Source of the DNA: Bacteroidales bacterium
Lineage (GTDB): Bacteria; Bacteroidota; Bacteroidia; Bacteroidales; WCHB1-69
Length of the DNA stretch: 64,000 nt
Direction of reading: 5' to 3'
Assembly (NCBI GenBank): GCA_016290295.1
Contig: JAEETJ010000003.1
Span: 127,048-191,047, forward strand
Program-made: the position numbers and the translations under genes
Shown here: piece by piece, positions 52,774 through 62,500 of the stretch
How the letters are laid out: each line of letters begins with the position of its first letter
How positions within the stretch are numbered: the stretch's first letter is position 1
Notes under the pieces: model-generated
Database searches by the model: none
The model's input: only the letters and a program-made list of their open reading frames with translations
What the model was told of the DNA's origin: nothing

Positions 52774-54691
52774 TGTCTTGCAGTTCCAGCCACTCCATCT
52801 CTTTTTCCTCGATGGCGTTTTTGATGTCATTGTACTGGGTGTAGAGTTCGCCCGAATTGATTTCGGTAGCATAGTCGGAGGGATTGGAAATCTTGTTTTC
52901 GATGATGCTAAGTTGCTGTTGTAGGTCGGCGATTTCGCTTTCGATTTTGCTGAGGCGGTTTTTAAGTTTCCGCTTAGCTGCTTCCTCTTCTTTTTTCTTC
53001 TCCCAGCTGATTTTGTTGGAACTCTCGATTTTCTCGCCGTTGCCAGCCACTTGGACTCTCTTGTCCAGTTCTTTCAGTGAATCCAACTTCTTCTTTTCAA
53101 GGAAGTCATAGACATCGCCGATATAGGTCTTGATGTGATGGTCTTTGAATTCGAAGACTTTGGTACTGAGGCCTTGCAGGAAGTCACGATCGTGGGAGAC
53201 CAGAATCATGCTTCCCTCGTATTGCAGCAGGGCGTTTTTGAGCACGTCTTTCGACTGCATGTCGAGGTGGTTAGTGGGCTCGTCGAGGATGAGCAGGTTG
53301 AAAGGGGAGAGCAGTAGTTTGGCAAGGGCCAAACGGGATTTTTCGCCACCAGACAACACGCTCACTTTCTTTTCGGTGTCTTCGGTGTCGAAGAGGAAAC
53401 TGCCGAGGATGGTTCTGATTTTCGGACGGATGTCACCCACGGCGATGTCGTCGATGGTTTCGAAGACGGTCTTGTCGGGGTTGAGCAGCTGGGCCTGGTT
53501 CTGGGCGTAGTAGCCGATGACCACCTGGTGACCCAAAGTCAGTTTGCCGCCTTGCGGGGCCAACTCGCCCACGATGGCTTTGACCATGGTGGATTTGCCT
53601 TCGCCATTACGGCCTACAAAAGCTACCTTTTCGCCTCTTTCCAAGTGAAAATCAATGTTTTTCAGTACTTCCAAATTGCCATAACCCAGATTAAGTCCTT
53701 CGGTTTCAACGGTCACACGGCCAGAGTGTGGGGCAGGGGGGAACTTGAACGAAATGGACGAATGGTCGATACTTTCCACTTCGATTTTTTCCATTTTGTC
53801 AAGCAACTTGATACGGCTTTGCACCTGTTTGGCCTTGGTGGCCTTATAGCGGAAGCGCTCGATGAAGCGCTCTATTTGGGCGATTTCTTTTTGCTGGTTT
53901 TCGAAGGCGTTCTGCTGTGATTCAATGCGTTCCAGACGCTGTTCTACATACTGTGAATAGCTGCATTTGTAGTCTTGCAGGCTGCCGAAGGTGATCTCGA
54001 CAGTGCGGTTGGTCACGCGGTCAAGGAAGGCACGGTCGTGCGACACCAAGATGAGGCAACCGGCGTAGTTGGCCAGATAGTCTTCCAGCCACTGGATAGA
54101 CTCAATGTCGAGGTGGTTGGTGGGCTCGTCGAGGAGGATGATTTCCGGCTGTTGCAGCAGGATTTTGGCCAAGTTGACGCGCATCTGCCAGCCGTTGCTG
54201 AATTCGGCCATGGGGCGGGAGAAGTCGGAGGCTTTGAACCCCAGGCCGATAAGCACTTTCTCCGCATCGCCCTCCATGGTAGCACCTCCAAGATGGTGGA
54301 AGCGGTCGGTGGCGTCCGATAACTGCTGGGCGAGGCTGATGTACTCGTCCGATTCGTAGTCGTCGCGGTCGGCGAGTTTGGCGTTGATCTCCTTGATTTT
54401 AGCTTCCAAGCGGCGTGGCTCCACAAAGCAGGCCATGGTCTCTTCCCAGATGGTCTTGTTGTAGTTGCCGAGAATTTCCTGTGGCAGGTAGCCGGTTTTA
54501 AAGCCAGAGGTGATGACAATACTGCCGGATTCGGGTTCCAGTTCCTTATGGATAATCTTAAGCAGGGTTGACTTGCCCGCGCCGTTTTTGCCAACAAGGC
54601 CGATTCGGTCGCGGTCACCCGCCACAAAAGATATATCTTTAAATAAGTAGTCGCCGGTAAAGTTGACCGACAGTTTGTTTATCTGTATCAT
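52769..54691 (-). CDS. ABC-F family ATPase
   Basis: 640 aa with two ABC cassettes (GKNGAGKST / FSNGWQMR / LLDEPTNHLD; GRNGEGKST / LSGGEKSR / ILDEPTNHLD), no TM domain, and a C-terminal coiled-coil tail. Confidence 0.93.
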   Translation of the reverse strand: MIQINKLSVNFTGDYLFKDISFVAGDRDRIGLVGKNGAGKSTLLKIIHKELEPESGSIVITSGFKTGYLPQEILGNYNKTIWEETMACFVEPRRLEAKIKEINAKLADRDDYESDEYISLAQQLSDATDRFHHLGGATMEGDAEKVLIGLGFKASDFSRPMAEFSNGWQMRVNLAKILLQQPEIILLDEPTNHLDIESIQWLEDYLANYAGCLILVSHDRAFLDRVTNRTVEITFGSLQDYKCSYSQYVEQRLERIESQQNAFENQQKEIAQIERFIERFRYKATKAKQVQSRIKLLDKMEKIEVESIDHSSISFKFPPAPHSGRVTVETEGLNLGYGNLEVLKNIDFHLERGEKVAFVGRNGEGKSTMVKAIVGELAPQGGKLTLGHQVVIGYYAQNQAQLLNPDKTVFETIDDIAVGDIRPKIRTILGSFLFDTEDTEKKVSVLSGGEKSRLALAKLLLSPFNLLILDEPTNHLDMQSKDVLKNALLQYEGSMILVSHDRDFLQGLSTKVFEFKDHHIKTYIGDVYDFLEKKKLDSLKELDKRVQVAGNGEKIESSNKISWEKKKEEEAAKRKLKNRLSKIESEIADLQQQLSIIENKISNPSDYATEINSGELYTQYNDIKNAIEEKEMEWLELQDS

Positions 54692-54699
54692 AGCGGCTG

Positions 54700-54707
54700 C
54701 AAAAATA
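54700..54707 (-). promoter_or_regulatory. -7 promoter box (TATTTTTG)
   Basis: Plus strand reads CAAAAATA, only 9 nt upstream of ATG 54691, which implies a near-leaderless mRNA. Confidence 0.45.
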
Positions 54708-54714
54708 CGAGAAA

Positions 54715-54754
54715 ATTAGCAAATTAGCAAATTCGTAAATGTGACAATGCGAAA
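54715..54754. repeat. octamer array
   Basis: ATTAGCAA ATTAGCAA ATTCGTAA ATGTGACA ATGCGAAA. Same word family as 36163..36198. Confidence 0.75.
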
Positions 54755-54832
54755 TTTCGGATAAAATTGGAGTTTTTTTCCGCAAGATTTTATTAGGAGA
54801 ATAGGGCGGAGGTTAAAAAAAAGAAGTGTTGA

Positions 54833-54871
54833 GAAAAAGAAAAAAGCACTTGCAAGATTGCTTGCAAGTGC
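54833..54871 (-). terminator. rho-independent terminator of tRNA-Arg
   Basis: 11-bp perfect stem GCACTTGCAAG-ATTG-CTTGCAAGTGC, followed on the minus strand by TTTTTTCTTTTT. Confidence 0.75.
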
Positions 54872-54883
54872 CTGATTTTCAGC

Positions 54884-54960
54884 TGGTGACCCATGCAGGA
54901 TTCAAACCTGCAACCTTTTGATCCGTAGTCAAATACTCTATTCAGTTGAGCTAATGGGCC
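54884..54960 (-). tRNA. tRNA-Arg (anticodon ACG), CCA encoded
   Basis: Minus strand GGCCCAT-TA-GCTC..GAGT-A-TTTGA-CTACGGA-TCAAA-AGGTT-GCAGG-TTTGAAT-CCTGC-ATGGGTC-A-CCA. 77 nt, cloverleaf checked by hand. Confidence 0.92.
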
Positions 54961-54977
54961 GTTTGAATTTGTGACTG

Positions 54978-54985
54978 CAAAAATA
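54978..54985 (-). promoter_or_regulatory. -7 promoter box (TATTTTTG)
   Basis: Plus strand reads CAAAAATA, 18 nt upstream of the tRNA 5' end. Confidence 0.55.
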
Positions 54986-55057
54986 CATAAAAATTGAATA
55001 CAATATCATTCTTCAAGAAAAAAATGCGAAAAAAATTTTTTCTATTGAAAAATTGTG

Positions 55058-55065
55058 TATTTTTG
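55058..55065 (+). promoter_or_regulatory. -7 promoter box (TATTTTTG)
   Basis: Exact TAnnTTTG, 38 nt upstream of the rpsP ATG. Confidence 0.55.
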
Positions 55066-55102
55066 CACCCTCAAATTTTAACCGTATTAAATATTAAAAG
55101 TT

Positions 55103-55669
55103 ATGGCAACAAGAATCAGATTACAAAGACGTGGCAAGAAGAATCAGCCTTTCTACCACATTGTAATTGCAGATGGTCGTGCACCACGTGACGGACGCTA
55201 TATCGAAGAGATCGGCACCTACAACCCGCTGACCCATCCTGCAACAGTTAATTTAAATTTTGACAGAGCGTTGTATTGGGTTGAAGCAGGCGCTGCTCCC
55301 TCAGATACCGCCCGTTCGATTCTTAAACATGAAGGTGTTTATTTGATGAAGCATCTGAGAGGTGGAATCGCCAAAGGTGCGTTGACCCAATTGGACGCTG
55401 ATCGCAAATTCGATGCTTGGAAACAAGATAGAGAGTCAAAAATCAGCAACATCAAACGTGAGGACGCTGATAAGAGCCGCAAGGAAATGAAGGCTCGTCT
55501 GGAAGCTGAAACCAAAGTGAGAGAAGCTATCTCCGCTAAGGTTGCTGCCAAGTATGCCGCCGCCGCTGAGGCAGAGGCTGCTGAAGCAGAAGCTAAAGCC
55601 GCTGAAGAAGCCGCTAATGAAGAGGCTACCGAAGCTCCCGCAGAAGCTGCTGAAACTCCTGCAGAATAA
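55103..55669 (+). CDS. rpsP: 30S ribosomal protein S16 with long A/E/K-rich C-terminal extension
   Basis: MATRIRLQRRGKKNQPFYHIVIADGRAPRDGRYIEEIGTYNP core (~85 aa) plus a ~100-aa low-complexity tail. Confidence 0.95.
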   Translation: MATRIRLQRRGKKNQPFYHIVIADGRAPRDGRYIEEIGTYNPLTHPATVNLNFDRALYWVEAGAAPSDTARSILKHEGVYLMKHLRGGIAKGALTQLDADRKFDAWKQDRESKISNIKREDADKSRKEMKARLEAETKVREAISAKVAAKYAAAAEAEAAEAEAKAAEEAANEEATEAPAEAAETPAE

Positions 55670-55694
55670 GCCTCATGTCAATGAGTTACAAAAT

Positions 55695-55729
55695 AGACGC
55701 GACAAAAGGGTTGCGTCTATTTTGTTTTT
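55695..55729 (+). terminator. rho-independent terminator after rpsP
   Basis: AGACGC-N12-GCGTCT followed by ATTTTGTTTTT. Confidence 0.65.
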
Positions 55730-55734
55730 AAAAG

Positions 55735-55769
55735 AACTGAAAGTTGAAAACTGAAAACAGAAAGTTATA
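55735..55769. repeat. heptamer array (5 words) upstream of rimM
   Basis: AACTGAA AGTTGAA AACTGAA AACAGAA AGTTATA. Confidence 0.7.
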
Positions 55770-55796
55770 CGACCGTAGGCAAAAAAAGGAAATTGA

Positions 55797-56318
55797 ATGA
55801 TGAAAAACGAATATTTTTATTTGGGACATATCACCAAACCCTTTGGTATCAAGGGACAGCTATGCTGCTACTTCGACACGGACGAACCGGAAAAGTATGT
55901 GAATCTGGATGCGGTGTTCTTGGATTTGGACGGCGAAAAACTGCCCTATCTGATAGAAGATATCCAGTATCGGGGTGCCAATACCTTTGTGATTAAGTTC
56001 CAAGATGTGGATGAAGAAGAGGCCAAAGGCTTGGTCAAAGCGGAAATGTATCTCCCCTTGTCAGAACTTCCTCCCTTGACTGGCAACAAGTTCTATTTTC
56101 ACGAAGTTATTGGTTTTCATGTGATTGATGAAGAAAAAGGAGACATCGGAGTCTGTCAGGATTTTATCGATATAAGCCATAATCCCATCATGCAAATTGA
56201 CCATGACGGAAAGGAGATACTGATTCCGGCTATCGACGAGGTTTTCAAGAATGTTGACCGTGAGAACCATCAGATACATATTGCTGCTCCAGAGGGGTTG
56301 ATAGATGTTTATTTGTGA
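55797..56318 (+). CDS. rimM: ribosome maturation factor RimM
   Basis: 173 aa. YLGHITKPFGIKGQL N-terminal barrel and a PRC-barrel-like C-terminal half. Classical rpsP-rimM linkage. Confidence 0.9.
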   Translation: MMKNEYFYLGHITKPFGIKGQLCCYFDTDEPEKYVNLDAVFLDLDGEKLPYLIEDIQYRGANTFVIKFQDVDEEEAKGLVKAEMYLPLSELPPLTGNKFYFHEVIGFHVIDEEKGDIGVCQDFIDISHNPIMQIDHDGKEILIPAIDEVFKNVDRENHQIHIAAPEGLIDVYL

Positions 56319-56353
56319 AGTTGAAAACTGAAAACTGAAAGTTGAAAATTTGG
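56319..56353. repeat. heptamer array (5 words) immediately after the rimM stop
   Basis: AGTTGAA AACTGAA AACTGAA AGTTGAA AATTTGG. Same words as 55735..55769 and the reverse complement of the recX array words. Confidence 0.75.
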
Positions 56354-56408
56354 GATGAAAGTGGGGATGTAAGCTCTTAACTTTTATTTGAATTTTTTAT
56401 CAAAAAAA

Positions 56409-56443
56409 GCATGCGAAAAAATGTGTTTCGTATGCTTTTTTTT
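56409..56443 (+). terminator. rho-independent terminator after rimM
   Basis: GCATGCGAAA-N7-TTTCGTATGC (one G-T pair) followed by T8. Confidence 0.7.
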
Positions 56444-56445
56444 AT

Positions 56446-56453
56446 TATTTTTG
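56446..56453 (+). promoter_or_regulatory. -7 promoter box (TATTTTTG)
   Basis: Exact TAnnTTTG, 81 nt upstream of ATG 56534. Confidence 0.5.
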
Positions 56454-56533
56454 TCCTTTGCTTAAAATTGCATATTATAAATATTATTATACAAGAATAA
56501 AAAGAAAAAAAGTATTAATATAACATTCTGAAA

Positions 56534-59500
56534 ATGAAAAAGTTATTATTCTCATTGCTCGTTCTCGTGATGCCTTTTATGCTGTCAGCACAGTTGATGG
56601 ACACTGCCGTTGTTTTTTATGAAAACTTTGATGGCGATGTCGTCAAGATGACTTCAACGGTAAACCAGGCTCAAAATGTTCCGCATTGGACTGTCGTCTC
56701 AAATTTGTATGAAACGTCTCCGTCTTCGTATCATGTGACTTTGTTGCCTTCTGTGGGTAACTTGGCATGTTGGACCCGTGCCGTTGCGGTGGATCGAACC
56801 TATCCGTATGTCTATTTGCAGTTTGACCATATCTGCAAAGTAAACAACAACGATAGATGTTATATTTCCTATCAGTGGGAAAGTAATATAACCCCTCAGG
56901 GCGATATTGAGTTCGGCCAGTGGATCACATTGAATAGTTTTACCGCAACAAGCCCCTATTATCATGGGCATGCAGAATCTATCACTGAGGGTAATATATG
57001 CCAGAACTGGTACTCCGTTTGGGCTCCGAACAACAATACGGCTGCACCAAACAATACTTGGTGGAAAACGGAGTTGTTCGATATGACACAATTTTTGGTG
57101 GGTCAGAGCAACCAGTATTTCCGTATCCGTTTTTATACGACGCACCAGTCCGGTACGGGTTCTGGTACTGAAGTATGCGCAGGTTGGTATCTTGATAACC
57201 TGAAAGTGATTTATTCCAATGTGGAGTTGGTTCCGCCTGAAATCAACATCACACAAACCCAATATGTTAACAATAATGGGCAGTCCCAAAACAGAATTTT
57301 CTCCGGAACGATTAACGACTTTACCGGTCCTTTCGTGGTGAATGCTACACTTACGGATAATGATGCCATTGACACATCAACCGTACGTTTCTGGTACACA
57401 ACAAGTAATGGTGATTCAGATACTCTTCCCAACAATATGCAATACTTCCAACTTGGCTATGGTCAGGTAGCATACAATTGGACTATCCCCATGCAGTGCT
57501 ATGGAACAACCATCACTTATCACATTTATGCCAAAGACGTTCATGGAAGCAGCTGCTACGAGACCAGAACCTTTAGCTTGAACACAACTCAGTCTTTGAT
57601 GGTGAATGACGCCAAGATGGAACCTGGGTCATTCCAACTGCCAGTTTATCCCGACCGTATGACTACAGGTCAGACCTATCCCGTTAAGGTCGTTTTCCGT
57701 AACAAGGGTCTTGCAACGGAAACCAATCCCAACCACATGACTTCTGCCACTTTCGGATGGAGTGTCAATGGGGTGGTGAAGCCGAATGCCACTTGGACTG
57801 GTGACTTGTGTTTGGACTATACCGATACCATCGTGGTGGGTAACCATATCGCCTTACGCGACTCCAACTATATTAAGGTTTGGTTAGTATCGCGTAATGG
57901 GGTTACAAACTTGGACCGCCGTACGGATGATACTATCAAGTATGACGGTTATGGTTGCGACAGTGCTTTGTCGGGAACATACACCTTGGGTGGACCTGGT
58001 GCTGATTTCCCGACTGTGAAATATATGAAGGAGCGTTTCTATCGCTGCGGTTTCGACGGACCTGTGACCATTAATATGAATGCTGGCACATACACGGGCT
58101 TCGATTTCGATGACCAGTATCCGGGGTTGGATAGTAACAATACCATTACATTCCAAGCAGCACCTGGCGTGAGCAGAAGCGCTGTGATTATTACGAACGA
58201 TGGTAATAATCCGCCGGTGAAATTTACAGAGATGGCGTACGTCACCATTAGAAATGTTACCATCAGGAATACCAATGTGGGACGTTGTGTTGATTTCACT
58301 GGCCGGTATTCACATGATATTACCATTGACAACTGTTATATCCAGGGTACAAACTCAACTGCTACCCCGTATTACAATTCATCAGCCATTGGTAGAATCA
58401 CCGCACCGCCAACTACTGCTGGTGGACTCGGTGATTACAATCTGACATTCACCAATAACACGATTAACAACACCAATTTTGGTGTTTATTTCACGGGCGC
58501 AACTTCCAACAATGTCACATTAAAAGCAAATAATTTTGTGGTGAGTGGTAATACCATCAATGCCACTGTGACGGGTATCAATGCTATCCATTCAAGATTA
58601 TGGACCATTGATGGTAACCGTATTAACCAGCAGGCAACGGCTTCTGATATGAACTTCGTGGGTATTGCTATACAAAATGGCGCTGATTTCAGAAGTGTTT
58701 CCGCTAATAGCATTAAGATGAATGAACGTGGTGGTACGGGTATCTCAATGGTTACTTACGCCAACTCAAATGGTGTGACATCCATGATGACTATGGCTAA
58801 CAATGAAATCATCAACAAGGCTACTGTCACCGCCAGGTACAATATTATGATTCAAAACACCAAGCAGGTTAATATTTACCATAACAGTAGCTATATCTAT
58901 TCTTTGGTGGATGTTGCCCAGTCGGCTCCGATTTATATTACAGGTGCTTCCTCTTCTACTAATACCATCAATGTTTATAACAATATTTTCTATAATGCAA
59001 GTACATCTGCTGAAAATAAGAACTATGCTATCTACTTGAATTATACTACCGCTACTGCTCTGGCTAATACTATTAAGCTGAATAACAACGAGTATTATAC
59101 CGTAGGTAATTCTTTGGGTTGGTTTGTGGCTCCACGTAACACATTTGCTGAGTGGCAAGGCGCTTTGGCTAGCAGAGGTGAAGATGTGACCTCAGTGAAT
59201 CTGCCTCTTGATTTTGTGTCAACCACCGATTCATTGATGCCAGTAGCCTTTGAAGGTCTTGAATGTGAACCTGTAACAGGTGTTACCACCGATATCAGAG
59301 GTGCTCAACGTTATAATTTCATTACCTACATGGGTTGCTATACCCGTGCTATTCCGGCAACGGATTTGGCTATTACCGCATTGACTTCTCCTGTGTTGGG
59401 CAATGAGTGTCCCTCAACTCAGTATCCTATTAAGGTTATGGTGAAGAATACCGGTAGTGCCAACCTTAATTTTGCTACTAAACCGACAACCATATACTAT

Positions 59501-62500
59501 ACTATTGGAACCACTACGGGTAGTATGACCGTCACATCGGGAACCATTACCCCGCTGCAGTCTCAGGAAGTAACAGTGGTGCCTAACTTCCCGGTGAATA
59601 TTAATACGGTATATAATTATATGTTTGTTATTCATGTGAATGGAGACAATAATACGATGAATGATACTTTGACGGGTTCATTCGAAATCCAGGCTGCTTT
59701 CCCGTATTATGAAGAGGTATTCTCAACCAATGACTTGTATCCTTCATGGAGATTTGAACAAATAAATGGTGCAGGTAACTGGAGAGTGGAGTTGGGTGCA
59801 GGTACCAATCCGAGTATCTCTCCGAACTATGGTTTGGGACGTTTGTTCTTCAATTCAAAACAGTTTGCCAACAATACCGAGTCTCGTGCCATTATGCCGG
59901 TAACCATCCTGCAGGGCGCCACCACTCCGATTTTGGAATATTGGTTTGCTCACGACAATACTGGTAGCAGCAATACAGAAGGTGTCACAGTGAAGATTTC
60001 TACCGATGGCGGCACAACCTATACGACAGTCAACTCAGTGAATACAGCTGGCGCTACTTCAACCCTTGTGAAACGTTACAATACCGCATACAGCACTCCG
60101 GATTGGGAAAAATACATGGTGGACTTGGCACCCTATAGCAACCAAAGCTGTATTTATATTGCCTTCGATGCTAAATCAAATGCTAAGAACAATATTAATA
60201 TTGACCGTGTGGTCGTTAGAAATTTCTACAACACAGATATTGCTGTCAACGACATCTGGGCATTGGGTGTTAATCCTACGCAACATGCGGTTTCACCTAA
60301 GATTAGTGTGAATATCAGCAATGAAGGTCGTAACCAGCAGAATAACTTCCCCTTAATGCTCGAGATTACGGGTGCCAATACTTATAGAGACACTATCACA
60401 GTTCCTGCATTGGCCTCCAGAAGCAACATGGTGGTAAGTTTTGATGGTGTTCATTTGAACAATCCTGGTGATAACGTGGTTCGAGTATATTGTCAGAATG
60501 ATCAAAACAATGACAATAATGAACACACTTGGCAGATGACCACAGTACCTGCAGAAGTTGGTTACGCCAATGATTCTATAGTTGGAGGCCAACACCGCAC
60601 TTATTCGTCATTGTCAACGGGTGGAACAGACCAGATCGCATACGTGAACAAATATACCATGGTGGATACTTTGATAGCCACTCATGTGAAAGCATTCATT
60701 ACCAATACTGCCAACAATAGCAATGTGGGTCGTCATTTCCGCTTTATCGTTGCTGATGCAAGTGGCAATGTTATTGAAAGTTCTGATGAAATGACGGTGA
60801 CTGCCGCTATGGAGAATCAGTGGGTAACTGGTGAAATCAACAACTTTGCTTTGACCAGCACCAATGGTCCTTTGTACGTGGGTATTGAAATGATGGATGG
60901 CGGTACTTATTTGGGTGTTCAAGAAGAGGCTCCTTTGAGAGACACCACTTATTACACGCTGGTGAACGGAACTTATACTCCTTCAACAGTGGGTCGTCAG
61001 ATGGTGAATGCTGTCTTGGAAAGCCACATGAAGCATGAGTTGGCCTTGTTGTCACTGGTACATCCGTTGACCAATTGTGACCTGGGACATGAACATATTG
61101 TGGTTAAAATGGTCAATAACGGTAGTGTTGACCTCCTTCCGGGAACACCTATCCATTATTCTATCAATGGCGGTACTCCGGTGAATGCCACCATTACCAA
61201 TACTATTGCAAGTCATGAGACTGTGAATTACACTTTTGCTACTCCATATGACTTTACCAATAACCAGGTCAATGTGGATGTGCCTTATACTATTACAGTA
61301 TGGGTGGATGTGCTTGCTGCAGATAGAGTTCGTTTCAATGATACATTAAGTACATCCATTGAGTCGTATGGCAAGTCACCGATGCCCACAGTAAATAGTC
61401 CTGTTCATGCCAACTATCATGAGACCGCTACGTTGACTGCTACAGACGCAACGACTGGCAACGCTCATTTCTGGTACACCAATACTGGTTATGAATCATG
61501 GCAGTTGCAGTATGTGGGAGATCCATTTGTGACCCCGGCTGTATATTACGACACAACATATTATGTTGCCTCCGCTCCCGCTGATTTCTATACACCTCAG
61601 GTAGGAACTTTAACCGCATCAACAACTGCCAACAACATTACGCAGCCGTTTGTATATACCAATGGCTTCTCTCGTGGTAAGTTGTTATACAAAGCAGATG
61701 AGTTGAATGCCAATGGCAAATTGATGCAAATTAGTTTGTATGTTACCAATGCAGCTGGTGGTGATCAGGGTATTCCGATGAGATTGTATGCGATGAACAC
61801 TGATTTAACATCTTTGAGTGCAACTCCGGTGAACACTTGGGATGCTGAGATTGCTGAAGCAACATTGATTTATGATGGTAACTATCTGTTCGATAATACA
61901 GGCTGGGTGTCTTTCAACTTGCCTGTTCCTATGGAATATACAGGTGGTAACCTGCTGATTTTGACCGAAACCTATTGTGGCGGTGCTAACTGCTCAACCG
62001 CAACTGGTTCAACGACCTATCCTAAGTTCAACTCTGCAGCTGCTACCAACTGTGTGTTATATAAGGGCGTTAACAACTCCGAAGCGGCATATTCGGGTAA
62101 CTATTCCACCTACGCCAAACGTTTGGTGATGAAGTTCCAGTTTGTGGATGCCGAATGTCAAAGTGAGAAGGTGCCTGTTCAGGTTATTGCTGACAATATT
62201 CCTATCTATGATGTGGAACCTGTTGCTCTGGATACTCCGTTGACCAACACTTGTACTTTGATGGATGAGCATATCAAGGTGTCAGTGAGAAACCTGATTA
62301 ACAATACTATTCCGGCTAATACGGTGGAAATCGTAGCCAAGTTCAACAATACTACAGTATCTCATATTGTTGATGAACCATTTGCTCCAAATGAAGTGAA
62401 ACAGGTTACCTTTACCAATACTATCGATTTAAGTGCTCCTACTGCTGACGTTACTTACAATTATGTGATTGTGACTAACCTGATTGGAACACCCGCTTAT

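Noticed and set aside
54013-54627. 204-aa minus-strand alternative-frame ORF (Pro/Ser/Thr/Ala-rich), plus plus-strand ORFs at 53145..54359, overlapping the ABC-F gene
   Set aside because: The ABC-F frame carries two complete ABC cassettes. The overlapping ORFs are out-of-frame or antisense artefacts of a GC-rich coding region.
54756-55102. tRNA-Arg as an integration site of a mobile element
   Set aside because: There is no integrase, no direct repeat of the tRNA 3' end and no foreign block on either side. The tRNA has its own promoter box and terminator and sits between housekeeping genes.
55542-55754. 70-aa plus-strand ORF overlapping the 3' end of rpsP
   Set aside because: It is an alternative frame of the GCN/GAA-rich S16 tail, a low-complexity translation artefact.
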